Source: Pyrinomonadaceae bacterium (lineage in GTDB: Bacteria > Acidobacteriota > Blastocatellia > Pyrinomonadales > Pyrinomonadaceae). From it: a stretch of DNA of 24,000 nt. Both the position numbers and the translations under genes were made by a program. Within the stretch, counting starts at the first letter, position 1. Each line of letters begins with the position of its first letter. The DNA is taken from NCBI GenBank assembly GCA_965217985.1, contig CBDCJY010000018.1, positions 32,634 through 56,633 of the forward strand, read 5' to 3'. Below are positions 1 to 8,151 of the stretch, piece after piece. Below the pieces are notes generated by a model. The model was not told the DNA's origin. It was given only the letters and a program-made list of their open reading frames with translations, and searched no databases.

Positions 1-939
1 GTTCAAATCATCAACTAGACCGAGTTTTATTTTCACATAAACCAAAGTGCCTTTCCACTTATTCTCCAATTCTTTGCTAATAATTCTTGCGGGCGAAATA
101 TGAACAAAACCGTTTCCCGAAATGATAAACATATCCGCATCTAATCTTTGAGTGATATTACTCGAAATATACAAGCCGACACCGGCATTATTTTTTACTT
201 CATATCCTGTTGACGATTTCCCGAAAGTTCCTGAAATCTGCGGTTTTATTGCGTGTAAAATTGCCTCGCTATCCGTTGCTAAATTTGGATAAGTTTGGCG
301 TAAGTGCTTTTTTATGCCAACACCGACATCAGCAATTAAAAACGAGAGTTCATTAGATTCTTCCATCCAAACAAATTGTAAGAATGATGGAATATCGTGT
401 CCGTTTCTGCCGTGTTCAAGAGTATTATAAAGAATTTCGTTAATTATATAACGAACAGTTTTTTCATACTGGACATCCAGAAATTTTGTAAATTTTTCAA
501 CGAATTTTAATGCTTTTGCCCTGTCTTTCGAATCAGTTATTACTATCGGTAGAATATTCTTTCCGATCAACTCACGCAATTCATTTTTCGAGTCGAATAA
601 TTTTTCAAAAGATTCGGCATTTGTTTTTCTTGGAACTGGCGACGCTTCTAATATAAACCCATTCTCATTTCCATCTATGATCTGGCAATTATCGAGTAAA
701 AGATATTCACGATAAAGAATATACAAAATCAATAAGGATTTTTTTCTTGTAACATTAATGCTGTTATCAAACTCAATTCTTTTACCTTTCAAAGACCAGT
801 CAAAAAAACTTAAAAATCTATCAAAATCATCCGAACTTAAATCGCCAAAATTAAAGGATTCGGGAATTTGAATTGTTATGAGTTCTCCTTCATCACTCAC
901 ATTAAACTTCAATGTTACGATTGTTTTTTCATCACTCAT
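1..939 (-). CDS. GHKL (histidine-kinase-like) ATPase-fold protein with an uncharacterised N-terminal domain of about 150 aa; partial, the C-terminus runs off the left edge
   Basis: Absent from the ORF track because it is open at the window edge. My hand translation of the minus strand from the ATG at 939-937 gives 313 uninterrupted codons (MSDEKTIVTLKFNVSDEGELITIQIPESF...). It contains an N-box-like NEILYNTLEHG, a G1-like LIADVGVGI and a G2-like NNAGVGLYISS, in the order expected for a Bergerat ATP-binding fold. Confidence 0.6.
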   Translation of the reverse strand, partial: MSDEKTIVTLKFNVSDEGELITIQIPESFNFGDLSSDDFDRFLSFFDWSLKGKRIEFDNSINVTRKKSLLILYILYREYLLLDNCQIIDGNENGFILEASPVPRKTNAESFEKLFDSKNELRELIGKNILPIVITDSKDRAKALKFVEKFTKFLDVQYEKTVRYIINEILYNTLEHGRNGHDIPSFLQFVWMEESNELSFLIADVGVGIKKHLRQTYPNLATDSEAILHAIKPQISGTFGKSSTGYEVKNNAGVGLYISSNITQRLDADMFIISGNGFVHISPARIISKELENKWKGTLVYVKIKLGLVDDLN

Positions 940-1237
940 ATCAAACTGCTATCTTCCAAAAGTTTTTCGATTAATTCTTCCGTCGTCATCAGAGGAATTT
1001 TTTTATATTGTCAGCAAACAGGGCGATTTTAGCAAAAGGCGATTTTCTCATTTTTCCGCCCTTTTGCAAAGGAAAGCGTCTGAAAAGCCGTTTTTCATAC
1101 ATTTATCTCGTTTCGTTTTAATACAAAATGCCGTTCTTTTTTTTTGTTTCCGTCACATTTAACACATAAACAACTTAAAATAAAAGGTTTAACCAAATGG
1201 CACAGACTTTGCTTTTGCGAAATCTCGAGGAGATCAG

Positions 1238-1837
1238 TTGATTATGAAAAACATTAAATTTACGGCGACAAACTTTTTGGCGATTTTGCTTTTATCGGTT
1301 TCTGCAATTTATGCGGGTAATTTGACGGTCGAAAATGACAAAGCTCTCGAGTTGGTCGCAAAAAATCTGTCCGTAAAACTCAAAACCGATTTAGTATCAA
1401 ATAATCTTTCCGTAAAATTCGTAACAATTGAAAGAAATAAGGTTTCAAATAATGAAATAGTTTTGAGCGGCGATGCTTTTGCGGTTTTACCGAATGAAAA
1501 AACCGAACTTCCTATCAAATTTGAAGCCACTGTCAATCCGGTCAAAGAAACCGTAAATACGGTCGAATATACTTTTATCGAAGATGCCGCGCCCGTAAAT
1601 ACAGAAGAAATTTTGATGAATAATCTTTTGAAAAAAATCGCCGCCGACTACAAAACTGAAAATGTCGTTATTTCGATTGACGGTTTTGCTACGGACGAAT
1701 TAAAGGCAAGCGATAAACAATATAAAGGCGCGGCGGAAGTCAGAGTCGGTGAATTGGAATGGAAAAAAATTGATTTCGATATTGTTTTGAATGCGGAAAA
1801 TAACGCCGAGAAAATCGAGTATAAAGTAAAAAATTAG
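1238..1837 (+). CDS. hypothetical secreted protein with an N-terminal signal peptide
   Basis: 199-aa ORF. A hydrophobic N-terminus (NFLAILLLSVSAIYAG) follows basic residues. GAGGAG at 1227-1232 is a plausible SD. The tracked start at 1238 is TTG, and the ATG at 1244 is an equally plausible start. An intrinsic terminator follows. I recognise no family. Confidence 0.6.
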   Translation: MIMKNIKFTATNFLAILLLSVSAIYAGNLTVENDKALELVAKNLSVKLKTDLVSNNLSVKFVTIERNKVSNNEIVLSGDAFAVLPNEKTELPIKFEATVNPVKETVNTVEYTFIEDAAPVNTEEILMNNLLKKIAADYKTENVVISIDGFATDELKASDKQYKGAAEVRVGELEWKKIDFDIVLNAENNAEKIEYKVKN

Positions 1838-1854
1838 TTTTTATTTCATAATCT

Positions 1855-1898
1855 GCAAAAAAAAAGGTGAGCGTCTAAATTAAACGATCACCTTTTTT
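1855..1898. terminator. bidirectional intrinsic terminator between convergent genes
   Basis: A-run, then GGTGAGCG (1866-1873), an 11-nt loop, CGATCACC (1885-1892), then TTTTTT (1893-1898). The stem is 8 bp with one mismatch. It sits between the stop of the 1238..1837 (+) gene and the stop of the 1907..4384 (-) gene. Confidence 0.55.
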
Positions 1899-1906
1899 CT
1901 TTATGA

Positions 1907-4384
1907 TCACCTCACAACTTCTGTAATTATCTTACCCGGAAAATTTCTAAATCCTTTCTCATATAATTCGTGAGACGGCTTTCCGTCATCATCTAGTTTT
2001 CCCGTCAAAGCCAGAACTGTCGGCACCAAACTCAAACCGTCATAAGGTTTTTTAACGGTTAAGCCCTGCGGAATGCCGGTTTTTTCGCCGCCGGCAAACA
2101 TCAGAGTCGAAATCGTCGAAACGCGGAAAAACGAACCGTGATTGCCGCCCGGATTAAAACCCCGGACATCGAAATTCCAGTGATTATTGGCTAAGACAAG
2201 CACATCGGTTTCGGTAAGTGCGCGTTGTCTCTGCCGGAAACGAACGAGCAGTTTCTCGTCGGCAGACAAATTTACTTCGTCTTCGTCTAAGATCGGATGC
2301 TGGTCCATCTGCTCATTTAATCCGATGACAGCGTTAGAATAAAAAGTTTTGTGTGTCGCGTTCAGCCATTCATCTTCGGTGTGCCACGAATCGAGCCATT
2401 TCGATCTGTCGGCGGACGGAACATTCAAGTTTTCATCTTCAAGGATTTTTAGCGGAAATCCGCTGCTCCAACGATTTATTTGAAATGAAAATTTGCCTGT
2501 GGAATCCTGCGTTAAACCTTTAATCGGCAAATATCTGTAACTCTGATTTCCGTTTTCGTCTTCACGAGTTAAAAGCAACGCCTGTTTTCCGTTTTCGCTC
2601 GAAAGCCAGACAGGTGATTCGTCCGGTTTCAATTCACTTGAAAACTCCGCTGCAATCAAATCGAGCGGAATGCGTGTCGCGGTAAAATCTATCGGACGAT
2701 TGCTGATTTCCGGCTGGACATTATTGCGGACAGATTGGCTGTCGAGCAGTTTGAAATAATCTACGCGTCGAAAACTTTTCTCCAAGTCAATTTTATTATT
2801 TGCACCCAAAACAAAGCCGTTCGGAGATAACCCGGCGACGTAATTCTGCATTTGATAAACCGAATTATTTTCGCCCATCGCGCCTTTGGCGATATAATTT
2901 TCGATCTTGAGATTTTTCGGCTCGAAATTATCCTTTTCAAGCGCGAGCAGATTAGACAAAACTCTGATGTATTCGCGGTATTCCGTTTCCTGTCTCGCCG
3001 CAATATCATTCTGAACGGCGGTTCGGCGGTTTTCACGATTTAAGCCTTTTTCGTATTCTTCGGGCGTGTATTCTTTCGGAAACGTGCTGATAATTTTCGC
3101 CTGCGCCTCGATCCGGCGATGCAGCGCGTCCATTTCTGCGCCCGCTTCATTAACGGTTTTCGTCCAATCGGCGCGATGTTTTTCAATCGTTTCAAAAAAC
3201 AAATCGTTTGCCGCAACTTTCATCTGCGCGGAAAATTTCCCTTTTTGAAATTGCTGAAAAAGAATATGTAAAATATTCAGATCGCTGTTGCGAAGATGAA
3301 AAGACGTGCGTTCATTGCCGTCAAAATCTACGAGTGCGGTCGGATATTCGTCTTCCTGACCTTTGAGATAAAAAGATTCTTTCGCCACGGTCGTGTTGAG
3401 CGGCACGAGCGGATAGATTCCTTTGACCGAATAATCGAGCATCAAACGACGTTTCGTTACGACGTGATGCGCTCCGCCTTGTGCGCCCGACAAAAGTTTT
3501 ACGATATTAAATCCCTGACTGTAAACTTTTTCGTCGGAATTAAAACCGTGATCGGAAACGACGATTAGAACAGTTTTTTCGGCATCCGGCGAAGATTGAA
3601 TCGCCGTCCAGATTCTGCCAATGGCGCGATCCAACTCCTGCAATGCGGCAAGTTGAGTTTTTACGTCGTTATTATTGTGCGATGCGTGATCAACAACGCC
3701 CGTGAAATAATCGAAGTATTCGACTTCGGGACGATTATTTAATTTGAAAACAATGTCGCGCTCGTTTTGATTTAAGATCATATTGCGGTAATCGAAACCG
3801 AGCGTCCATTCATCAATAAAATCCGCCGCTTTTTTGGGATAAAATTTTACAAAACTGTTTCCCATCACCTTCCAGCTCAAACCTTTCTGGAGGATTTGCG
3901 GACTCGTATATTTTTTATCGTAATCGAAAGCATCGCTGAGAAGCGGAATTCCCAGATCATTCATTACTTCAGCCGCCGGCATATCAGCCGTTTTGTTAAA
4001 TCCGTAATCAATATAAAACGGAAAAATACTGAGATAATCGTAAGTATGCAGAGTAAAGCGGTCAAACTCTACATTTCCCTTTATTTGCAGATGCTGTCCG
4101 GTATCGAGCATACTCCAGGACGGACCGGAAAGACTCATTCCGCGAACGTAAAAATTTTCAAGGCGAGTTCCCTTTTTATAAAACACTTCTTCAAACCAAG
4201 GCAGAACGCTTTTGCCTGTCGCCGGATCGCGCTCTTTGACAAAACGGTCAACGAGATCGCCGGAAGTTCCGTCGGTTTTTATAATGACGACGCGCCTGAC
4301 CTTTTGCGCCTGCACCTGAAAGACAAAAAGGCAGAAAGCAACGATTAGAAAATTAAACTTTAGAAAAATTGATTTGAAATTCAT
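1907..4384 (-). CDS. secreted alkaline-phosphatase-superfamily enzyme (type I phosphodiesterase / nucleotide pyrophosphatase-like) with a large internal insertion
   Basis: 825-aa ORF with a signal peptide (FLIVAFCLFVFQVQAQ). Metal-ligand and nucleophile motifs appear in AlkP/NPP order: IIKTDG (aa ~35), SLSGPSWSMLDTGQH (aa ~84), VVDHASH (aa ~231), VVSDHGF (aa ~276) and NPGGNHGS (aa ~745). Confidence 0.7.
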   Translation of the reverse strand: MNFKSIFLKFNFLIVAFCLFVFQVQAQKVRRVVIIKTDGTSGDLVDRFVKERDPATGKSVLPWFEEVFYKKGTRLENFYVRGMSLSGPSWSMLDTGQHLQIKGNVEFDRFTLHTYDYLSIFPFYIDYGFNKTADMPAAEVMNDLGIPLLSDAFDYDKKYTSPQILQKGLSWKVMGNSFVKFYPKKAADFIDEWTLGFDYRNMILNQNERDIVFKLNNRPEVEYFDYFTGVVDHASHNNNDVKTQLAALQELDRAIGRIWTAIQSSPDAEKTVLIVVSDHGFNSDEKVYSQGFNIVKLLSGAQGGAHHVVTKRRLMLDYSVKGIYPLVPLNTTVAKESFYLKGQEDEYPTALVDFDGNERTSFHLRNSDLNILHILFQQFQKGKFSAQMKVAANDLFFETIEKHRADWTKTVNEAGAEMDALHRRIEAQAKIISTFPKEYTPEEYEKGLNRENRRTAVQNDIAARQETEYREYIRVLSNLLALEKDNFEPKNLKIENYIAKGAMGENNSVYQMQNYVAGLSPNGFVLGANNKIDLEKSFRRVDYFKLLDSQSVRNNVQPEISNRPIDFTATRIPLDLIAAEFSSELKPDESPVWLSSENGKQALLLTREDENGNQSYRYLPIKGLTQDSTGKFSFQINRWSSGFPLKILEDENLNVPSADRSKWLDSWHTEDEWLNATHKTFYSNAVIGLNEQMDQHPILDEDEVNLSADEKLLVRFRQRQRALTETDVLVLANNHWNFDVRGFNPGGNHGSFFRVSTISTLMFAGGEKTGIPQGLTVKKPYDGLSLVPTVLALTGKLDDDGKPSHELYEKGFRNFPGKIITEVVR

Positions 4385-4420
4385 CGAGTAATGCTTGTAT
4401 TTTATGCCGAAAAAACCACT

Positions 4421-6490
4421 TTATTTTGCTCCGGCTGAAGAAATTTGTTTTTCACCGACGGGCGCGAGTTTCAGATATTGAGCGGACATATTTCGCCATT
4501 GCGGTTCGATTTTCCGGTTTTCGTAAATAGCGAGTAGATTCTTTTTGGCAGCCGTATTTTTTATTCGGTCAAGACCGCTTAAAGCAAGCAGACGTATTTC
4601 ACGGTCTTCGCTAATCATAAATATTTTTGAAACGGCGGCGGCGGTTTTTGCTCCGGCATTTTCACCGTTTTCGGCAATAAAAGCGAGCGATTTTTTGACT
4701 GCTTCAACGTCGCTGTCAATTTCCGGTCGGGCGGAATCACGCGCCGTTTCGCGCAGGAATCTTTCGTGAAATTCGAGTTGTCGGCGCAGGTCTAAACTTT
4801 CGTAAAGTTCGGGCGTAGCGGTTTCGCGGTGCGTATAAATACCGAATGAAAAAAGATGCGCCGCCGCATAGAGCATCCGGTCTTTGCCGCCGTGTCTGAG
4901 GCGAACCATTTCTTCGCGGCGGTCGTTTTCGATCTTTTTCGCCAAACCGTCGGGACGTTTCGCGTAAGCGATGAGATTTTCGTATTGCTTGCGGGCGATT
5001 CTTATTTCCGCATCGAAATCGTTTTCCAACGGATTGACGGCGACTTTTTCGAGCCGCGAATTTATCCGGTCTTTGAAATTTTCATCTATTGATTCGTTCA
5101 GCAACAGCAACAGTTTGAGCTGCGAATAAGAGTTCAGCCGCGAAGCCTGATTGTAATCAATCCCGCGCCGCGCGAGAACGAAATCGTAAACATAACGTCC
5201 GAAAAAATACGGCAGATTGCCGAACTTTGAAACCGAAAGAACATTTCGCGTCACGTCGTCCAAAACGCGTTTTGAAAGTTCGCGCATTCGCGGATTTTCA
5301 TTACTGCGAAAATCAACCAGAATCGCCGGAATTTTCGGGTAATCGAGACCGTAAAGCGCGAGCGGAATTAGAGTTTTCGCCTTCGCATTCGGTGTTTCCG
5401 GCGCGACTTCGCGGTCGTTTTCGTCATAAAAACGAATTTCTTTATAACCTTTCCATTTCGTCAGACGTTTGTCTCTCCACGGATTTTTGAAATTTAAAAA
5501 ACGCGAATCGAATTTTTTGTTTCGATTGTTTTTTAAGTCCGATTCGGCAACCCAGACGAGCGCGTGTGTCGCGCTGCCGTCAGGCATTTCAAGCGGCTCG
5601 AAATAAAGTCCCTGTTCTTCCGTATATTGACGAAGCAATTCCCAGTTGTGACCGCGATAATCGCGTGTTTTTTCGAGATTTTTGTGATAGACGCGGCTCA
5701 GATTTTCTTTCTGTAAAAACGATCCGGTGAAATTATCCGAAAGCATTACGCGCGCCTGTATGTCCTGAAGTTCGGTTTCGCTGAGAATCTTTTCGCCTTC
5801 GAGCGATTCGTAGAGCGTCAAAACGGCGAGCGCGCGCGTCATCGCCGCCTTTTGATAATTCATTTTGTTGCCGCTGTATTGAAGCGTCGAAGACCTGACA
5901 ACCGCGTCGAACTGTGACAGAACGAGACTTTTAAAGGCGATCCAAAAAATCTTGTTCCACATATTTTTGTCCGACGGCTTCAAATCCATTACCGCCGGCG
6001 GCGGATCGTTGCCGACTTTGCCTTTGTTGGAAAGTTTTTTATAAAGAAACGGAACGCCGGAAACTAATTTCTGAGCAAAAGAAGGATCGGTGTAATTCAG
6101 CATCCAAACATAACGCAGACGGTCGTTTTCAGCAATTTCATCGCCGAGCGTATCACGCAAAACGCTGACCAGCGGAACATCCTTTCCGTTTTCACCGCTT
6201 GCCCGATTCGCTCTGCTTAAATCGGCGAAAATCGTGATGAGTTCCGCGCCGCCCGCCACGCGAAATTTTTCGACGCGAAAATCGCGCCCGACTTCAAAGG
6301 CTTCGACGATTTTCGAATCATCGCTTTTCACCTTTGCCGCGCCGTTTTGAGAATTTTTTAACGTCTGCTGTTCGGCGGTGTTCTGCGCCGGCGTTAAATA
6401 TGGAAATATCGCCGTCATCAACAGACAATAAATTAACGCGAAACACGCCGGTTTCTTTTTGTATTTAAGGTTTATAAAATTCATAAACAT
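4421..6490 (-). CDS. large secreted hypothetical protein with a possible HEAT/ARM-like C-terminal end
   Basis: The ORF track calls 4421..6721, but the first 77 codons translate AT-rich DNA and run across a terminator hairpin (6695-6730). The ATG at 6490 (or 6484) gives MFMNFINLKYKKKPACFALIYCLLMTAIFPYLTPAQ, a convincing signal peptide. The gene is 36 bp upstream of the AlkP-like gene on the same strand. I recognise no family. Confidence 0.6.
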   Translation of the reverse strand: MFMNFINLKYKKKPACFALIYCLLMTAIFPYLTPAQNTAEQQTLKNSQNGAAKVKSDDSKIVEAFEVGRDFRVEKFRVAGGAELITIFADLSRANRASGENGKDVPLVSVLRDTLGDEIAENDRLRYVWMLNYTDPSFAQKLVSGVPFLYKKLSNKGKVGNDPPPAVMDLKPSDKNMWNKIFWIAFKSLVLSQFDAVVRSSTLQYSGNKMNYQKAAMTRALAVLTLYESLEGEKILSETELQDIQARVMLSDNFTGSFLQKENLSRVYHKNLEKTRDYRGHNWELLRQYTEEQGLYFEPLEMPDGSATHALVWVAESDLKNNRNKKFDSRFLNFKNPWRDKRLTKWKGYKEIRFYDENDREVAPETPNAKAKTLIPLALYGLDYPKIPAILVDFRSNENPRMRELSKRVLDDVTRNVLSVSKFGNLPYFFGRYVYDFVLARRGIDYNQASRLNSYSQLKLLLLLNESIDENFKDRINSRLEKVAVNPLENDFDAEIRIARKQYENLIAYAKRPDGLAKKIENDRREEMVRLRHGGKDRMLYAAAHLFSFGIYTHRETATPELYESLDLRRQLEFHERFLRETARDSARPEIDSDVEAVKKSLAFIAENGENAGAKTAAAVSKIFMISEDREIRLLALSGLDRIKNTAAKKNLLAIYENRKIEPQWRNMSAQYLKLAPVGEKQISSAGAK

Positions 6491-6690
6491 TTTACAGATG
6501 AATAAAATAATGCAAATATTAATGTTATTCAAATTTTCCGTATCGGCTGTATTACAGATTTCAATTTTCGTTAATACGTTGTAAAGAAAGAATTTGTTTT
6601 TTCGGCTGAAACGGAAAAAGTAAAAAACAAATCGGTAAATAACTATCTTACCCGAAAGATTATTAATCACGACCGAAAGAATCCAAAGCA

Positions 6691-6730
6691 GAAAAACGGA
6701 TGAACCTAAAAAATCTAACATTCATCCGTT
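6691..6730 (-). terminator. intrinsic terminator closing the radical-SAM operon
   Basis: The minus-strand RNA reads AACGGATGAA (6730-6721), a 16-nt loop, TTCATCCGTT (6704-6695), then TTTC. This is a perfect 10-bp stem, 85 nt downstream of the stop of the 303-aa radical SAM gene. Confidence 0.6.
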
Positions 6731-6814
6731 ATTTATTATACAGTTGTCTGATGTCTGTTTGACGCTTGCTTTTGCCGTTACAAACCGAACTTTTTAAGCC
6801 GATCAGCCTAAGAA

Positions 6815-7726
6815 TTAATTTTTTCCCGCAGCTTTTTTGAACGCTTCTTTCACCAAGAGTTTGGGCGAATTCATCGTCGCCATATAAAACGGCACGACGC
6901 AGCCGCATTTGTCGCAGTCGGCGTTGTCGCCCATCATACATTTGCCTTTATCTTTGCCGTCCGCACTAAGCGTAAACGCCTTTTCCTTGAACAGGCAATT
7001 ATCCGTAACTTTCTTAGAATTATGCGAACGCATCAGATCGAGCGTCGAATCGAGCATATTGATTTTGCGCTGATATTTCTTTTTAAGCTCGAAGATTTTA
7101 TCAATCATCGCATCGCGCTCGTCCCAATCGAGCCACAATGCTTCGTCGAGTTTATTGACCGGCGTAAAGAAATCGAAAATAATTCCGCCGCTCGCCAGGT
7201 CTTTCCATTCTTCGACCAAATCTTCGATGCAGTCTTTCGTCAAACTCGTGATGACGCACGAAATCTGGATTCGCAAATTCGGATGACGTTTGATGTTTTC
7301 CTTGATCTTGTTGTAAATGCCCGGTGCGCGCATTTTCTCGAACGCTTCTTCCGTGCCGTCAATCGAGATCACCCAAGTAACGTCCGTCCAGTCCGGCAAT
7401 TCCATCGTGCCGTTGGTGACGACCGTGTTATGTTTGAAATACTTGCGCCCGATGTCAATCAGAGGTTTTCGCACCATCGGTTCGCCGCCGACCCAAGTGC
7501 AGAGCAGCATCGGATCGCCCGCCGCTTTCATCGCTTCAAATTTTGCCGTCCATTCTTCGATGGTCAGTTCGCGCTCTTTATGTTCTTCGGCGAAAAAATA
7601 ACAATGCTCGCACCGCAGATTACAGCGTTTCGTAACATCAATCGAACCGACGGCGTTATCCGGCATTCCGAAAGCCATCAACTTTGCGAGACTGCCGATA
7701 TTATTTAAAGTTTTTTTAACTTTCAT
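6815..7726 (-). CDS. radical SAM enzyme with a C-terminal Cys-rich (auxiliary Fe-S, SPASM/twitch-like) motif
   Basis: 303 aa. It has the canonical CxxxCxxC in DVTKRCNLRCEHCYF, a GGEP motif (WVGGEPMV), and TNG and SIDG strands typical of the partial TIM barrel. The C-terminal cluster is CMMGDNADCDKCGC. Confidence 0.8.
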   Translation of the reverse strand: MKVKKTLNNIGSLAKLMAFGMPDNAVGSIDVTKRCNLRCEHCYFFAEEHKERELTIEEWTAKFEAMKAAGDPMLLCTWVGGEPMVRKPLIDIGRKYFKHNTVVTNGTMELPDWTDVTWVISIDGTEEAFEKMRAPGIYNKIKENIKRHPNLRIQISCVITSLTKDCIEDLVEEWKDLASGGIIFDFFTPVNKLDEALWLDWDERDAMIDKIFELKKKYQRKINMLDSTLDLMRSHNSKKVTDNCLFKEKAFTLSADGKDKGKCMMGDNADCDKCGCVVPFYMATMNSPKLLVKEAFKKAAGKN

Positions 7727-7800
7727 AAATTTTGATTCGATCTGAAAATTAATTTATTTATTTTTAAGAAAATTTCGAGTCGTATTTTCTAAATCGAATA

Positions 7801-8013
7801 TTACTGCTCGTCGTCGTCATCGTCAGTTTCTTTTTCGTAAATTAAATTTCCGCTTTCATCAATCGCATCTTTATCAACGTGTTCCTGCGGCGTTTTTTTG
7901 CCCGCAATCGGCGCGTGTTCGGGGTGTTCGCCTTCGATCTCGGCGGTTATTCCCTGTTTTTCGTTCTGCTCCAACGCTTTTTTATCCTGAGCAATATCTC
8001 TCTCGTCCGGCAT
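7801..8013 (-). CDS. small, highly acidic hypothetical protein (70 aa) ending in a poly-Asp tail
   Basis: The ORF has host-like codon style (CCG/GCG/ACG-rich third positions). GGGAGAG lies about 8 nt (8020-8026, minus sense) upstream of the ATG. The gene sits between the two radical SAM genes on the same strand. The sequence ends ...YEKETDDDDDEQ and contains no Cys. Confidence 0.5.
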   Translation of the reverse strand: MPDERDIAQDKKALEQNEKQGITAEIEGEHPEHAPIAGKKTPQEHVDKDAIDESGNLIYEKETDDDDDEQ

Positions 8014-8151
8014 AATTTTCTGTCTCTCCCTTTGTCTATTTTTATAAAATTCAGCCGCAGATTTCGCGGATAAACGCAGATGATTTTTTAAATTCCAAAT
8101 CCGCGTTCATCCGCCTTCATCCGCGGCTAAAAACTCTTTCAAATTTATTTA

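Noticed and set aside
878-1162. 94-aa plus-strand ORF spanning the start of the GHKL gene and the intergenic region
   Set aside because: It overlaps the 5' end of the better-supported minus-strand frame, runs into AT-rich non-coding DNA, and has Ser/Phe/Leu-rich low-complexity sequence.
1204-1216. 13-mer AGACTTTGCTTTT shared with 10364-10376, both upstream of plus-strand secreted-protein genes; considered as a shared promoter or regulator motif
   Set aside because: For about 24 kb, the number of site pairs (~3e8 per orientation) times 4^-13 predicts a few exact 13-mer coincidences by chance, and more in AT-rich DNA. The distances to the start codons also differ greatly (about 25 nt versus about 190 nt).
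1907-4384. AlkP-superfamily protein considered as a PglZ-like BREX partner for the PglX-like methyltransferase at 20530..23607
   Set aside because: It has a clear secretion signal, lies about 16 kb away in a separate operon with core-like composition, and no brxC/brxL-type ATPase or protease genes are present. There is no BREX system here.
6491-6721. 77-codon N-terminal extension of the 766-aa ORF call
   Set aside because: It translates very AT-rich DNA into an implausible peptide and contains the terminator hairpin of the upstream operon (6695-6730). The internal ATG at 6490 yields a proper signal peptide.
7022-7708. 228-aa plus-strand ORF (and the nested 7317..7601 ORF) antisense to the 303-aa radical SAM gene
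   Set aside because: The translation is R/F/H-rich and low-complexity with no motifs. The opposite strand carries unambiguous CxxxCxxC/GGEP radical SAM motifs. This is a typical shadow ORF of a codon-biased gene.
8101-8126. CCGCG...CGCGG 5-bp hairpin with repeated TTCATCCGC units between the 653-aa gene and the 70-aa ORF, considered as an internal terminator
   Set aside because: The stem is short, the loop is 16 nt, and no U-tract follows on the minus strand. It is more likely an intercistronic structure than a terminator, so I keep the three genes as one unit.
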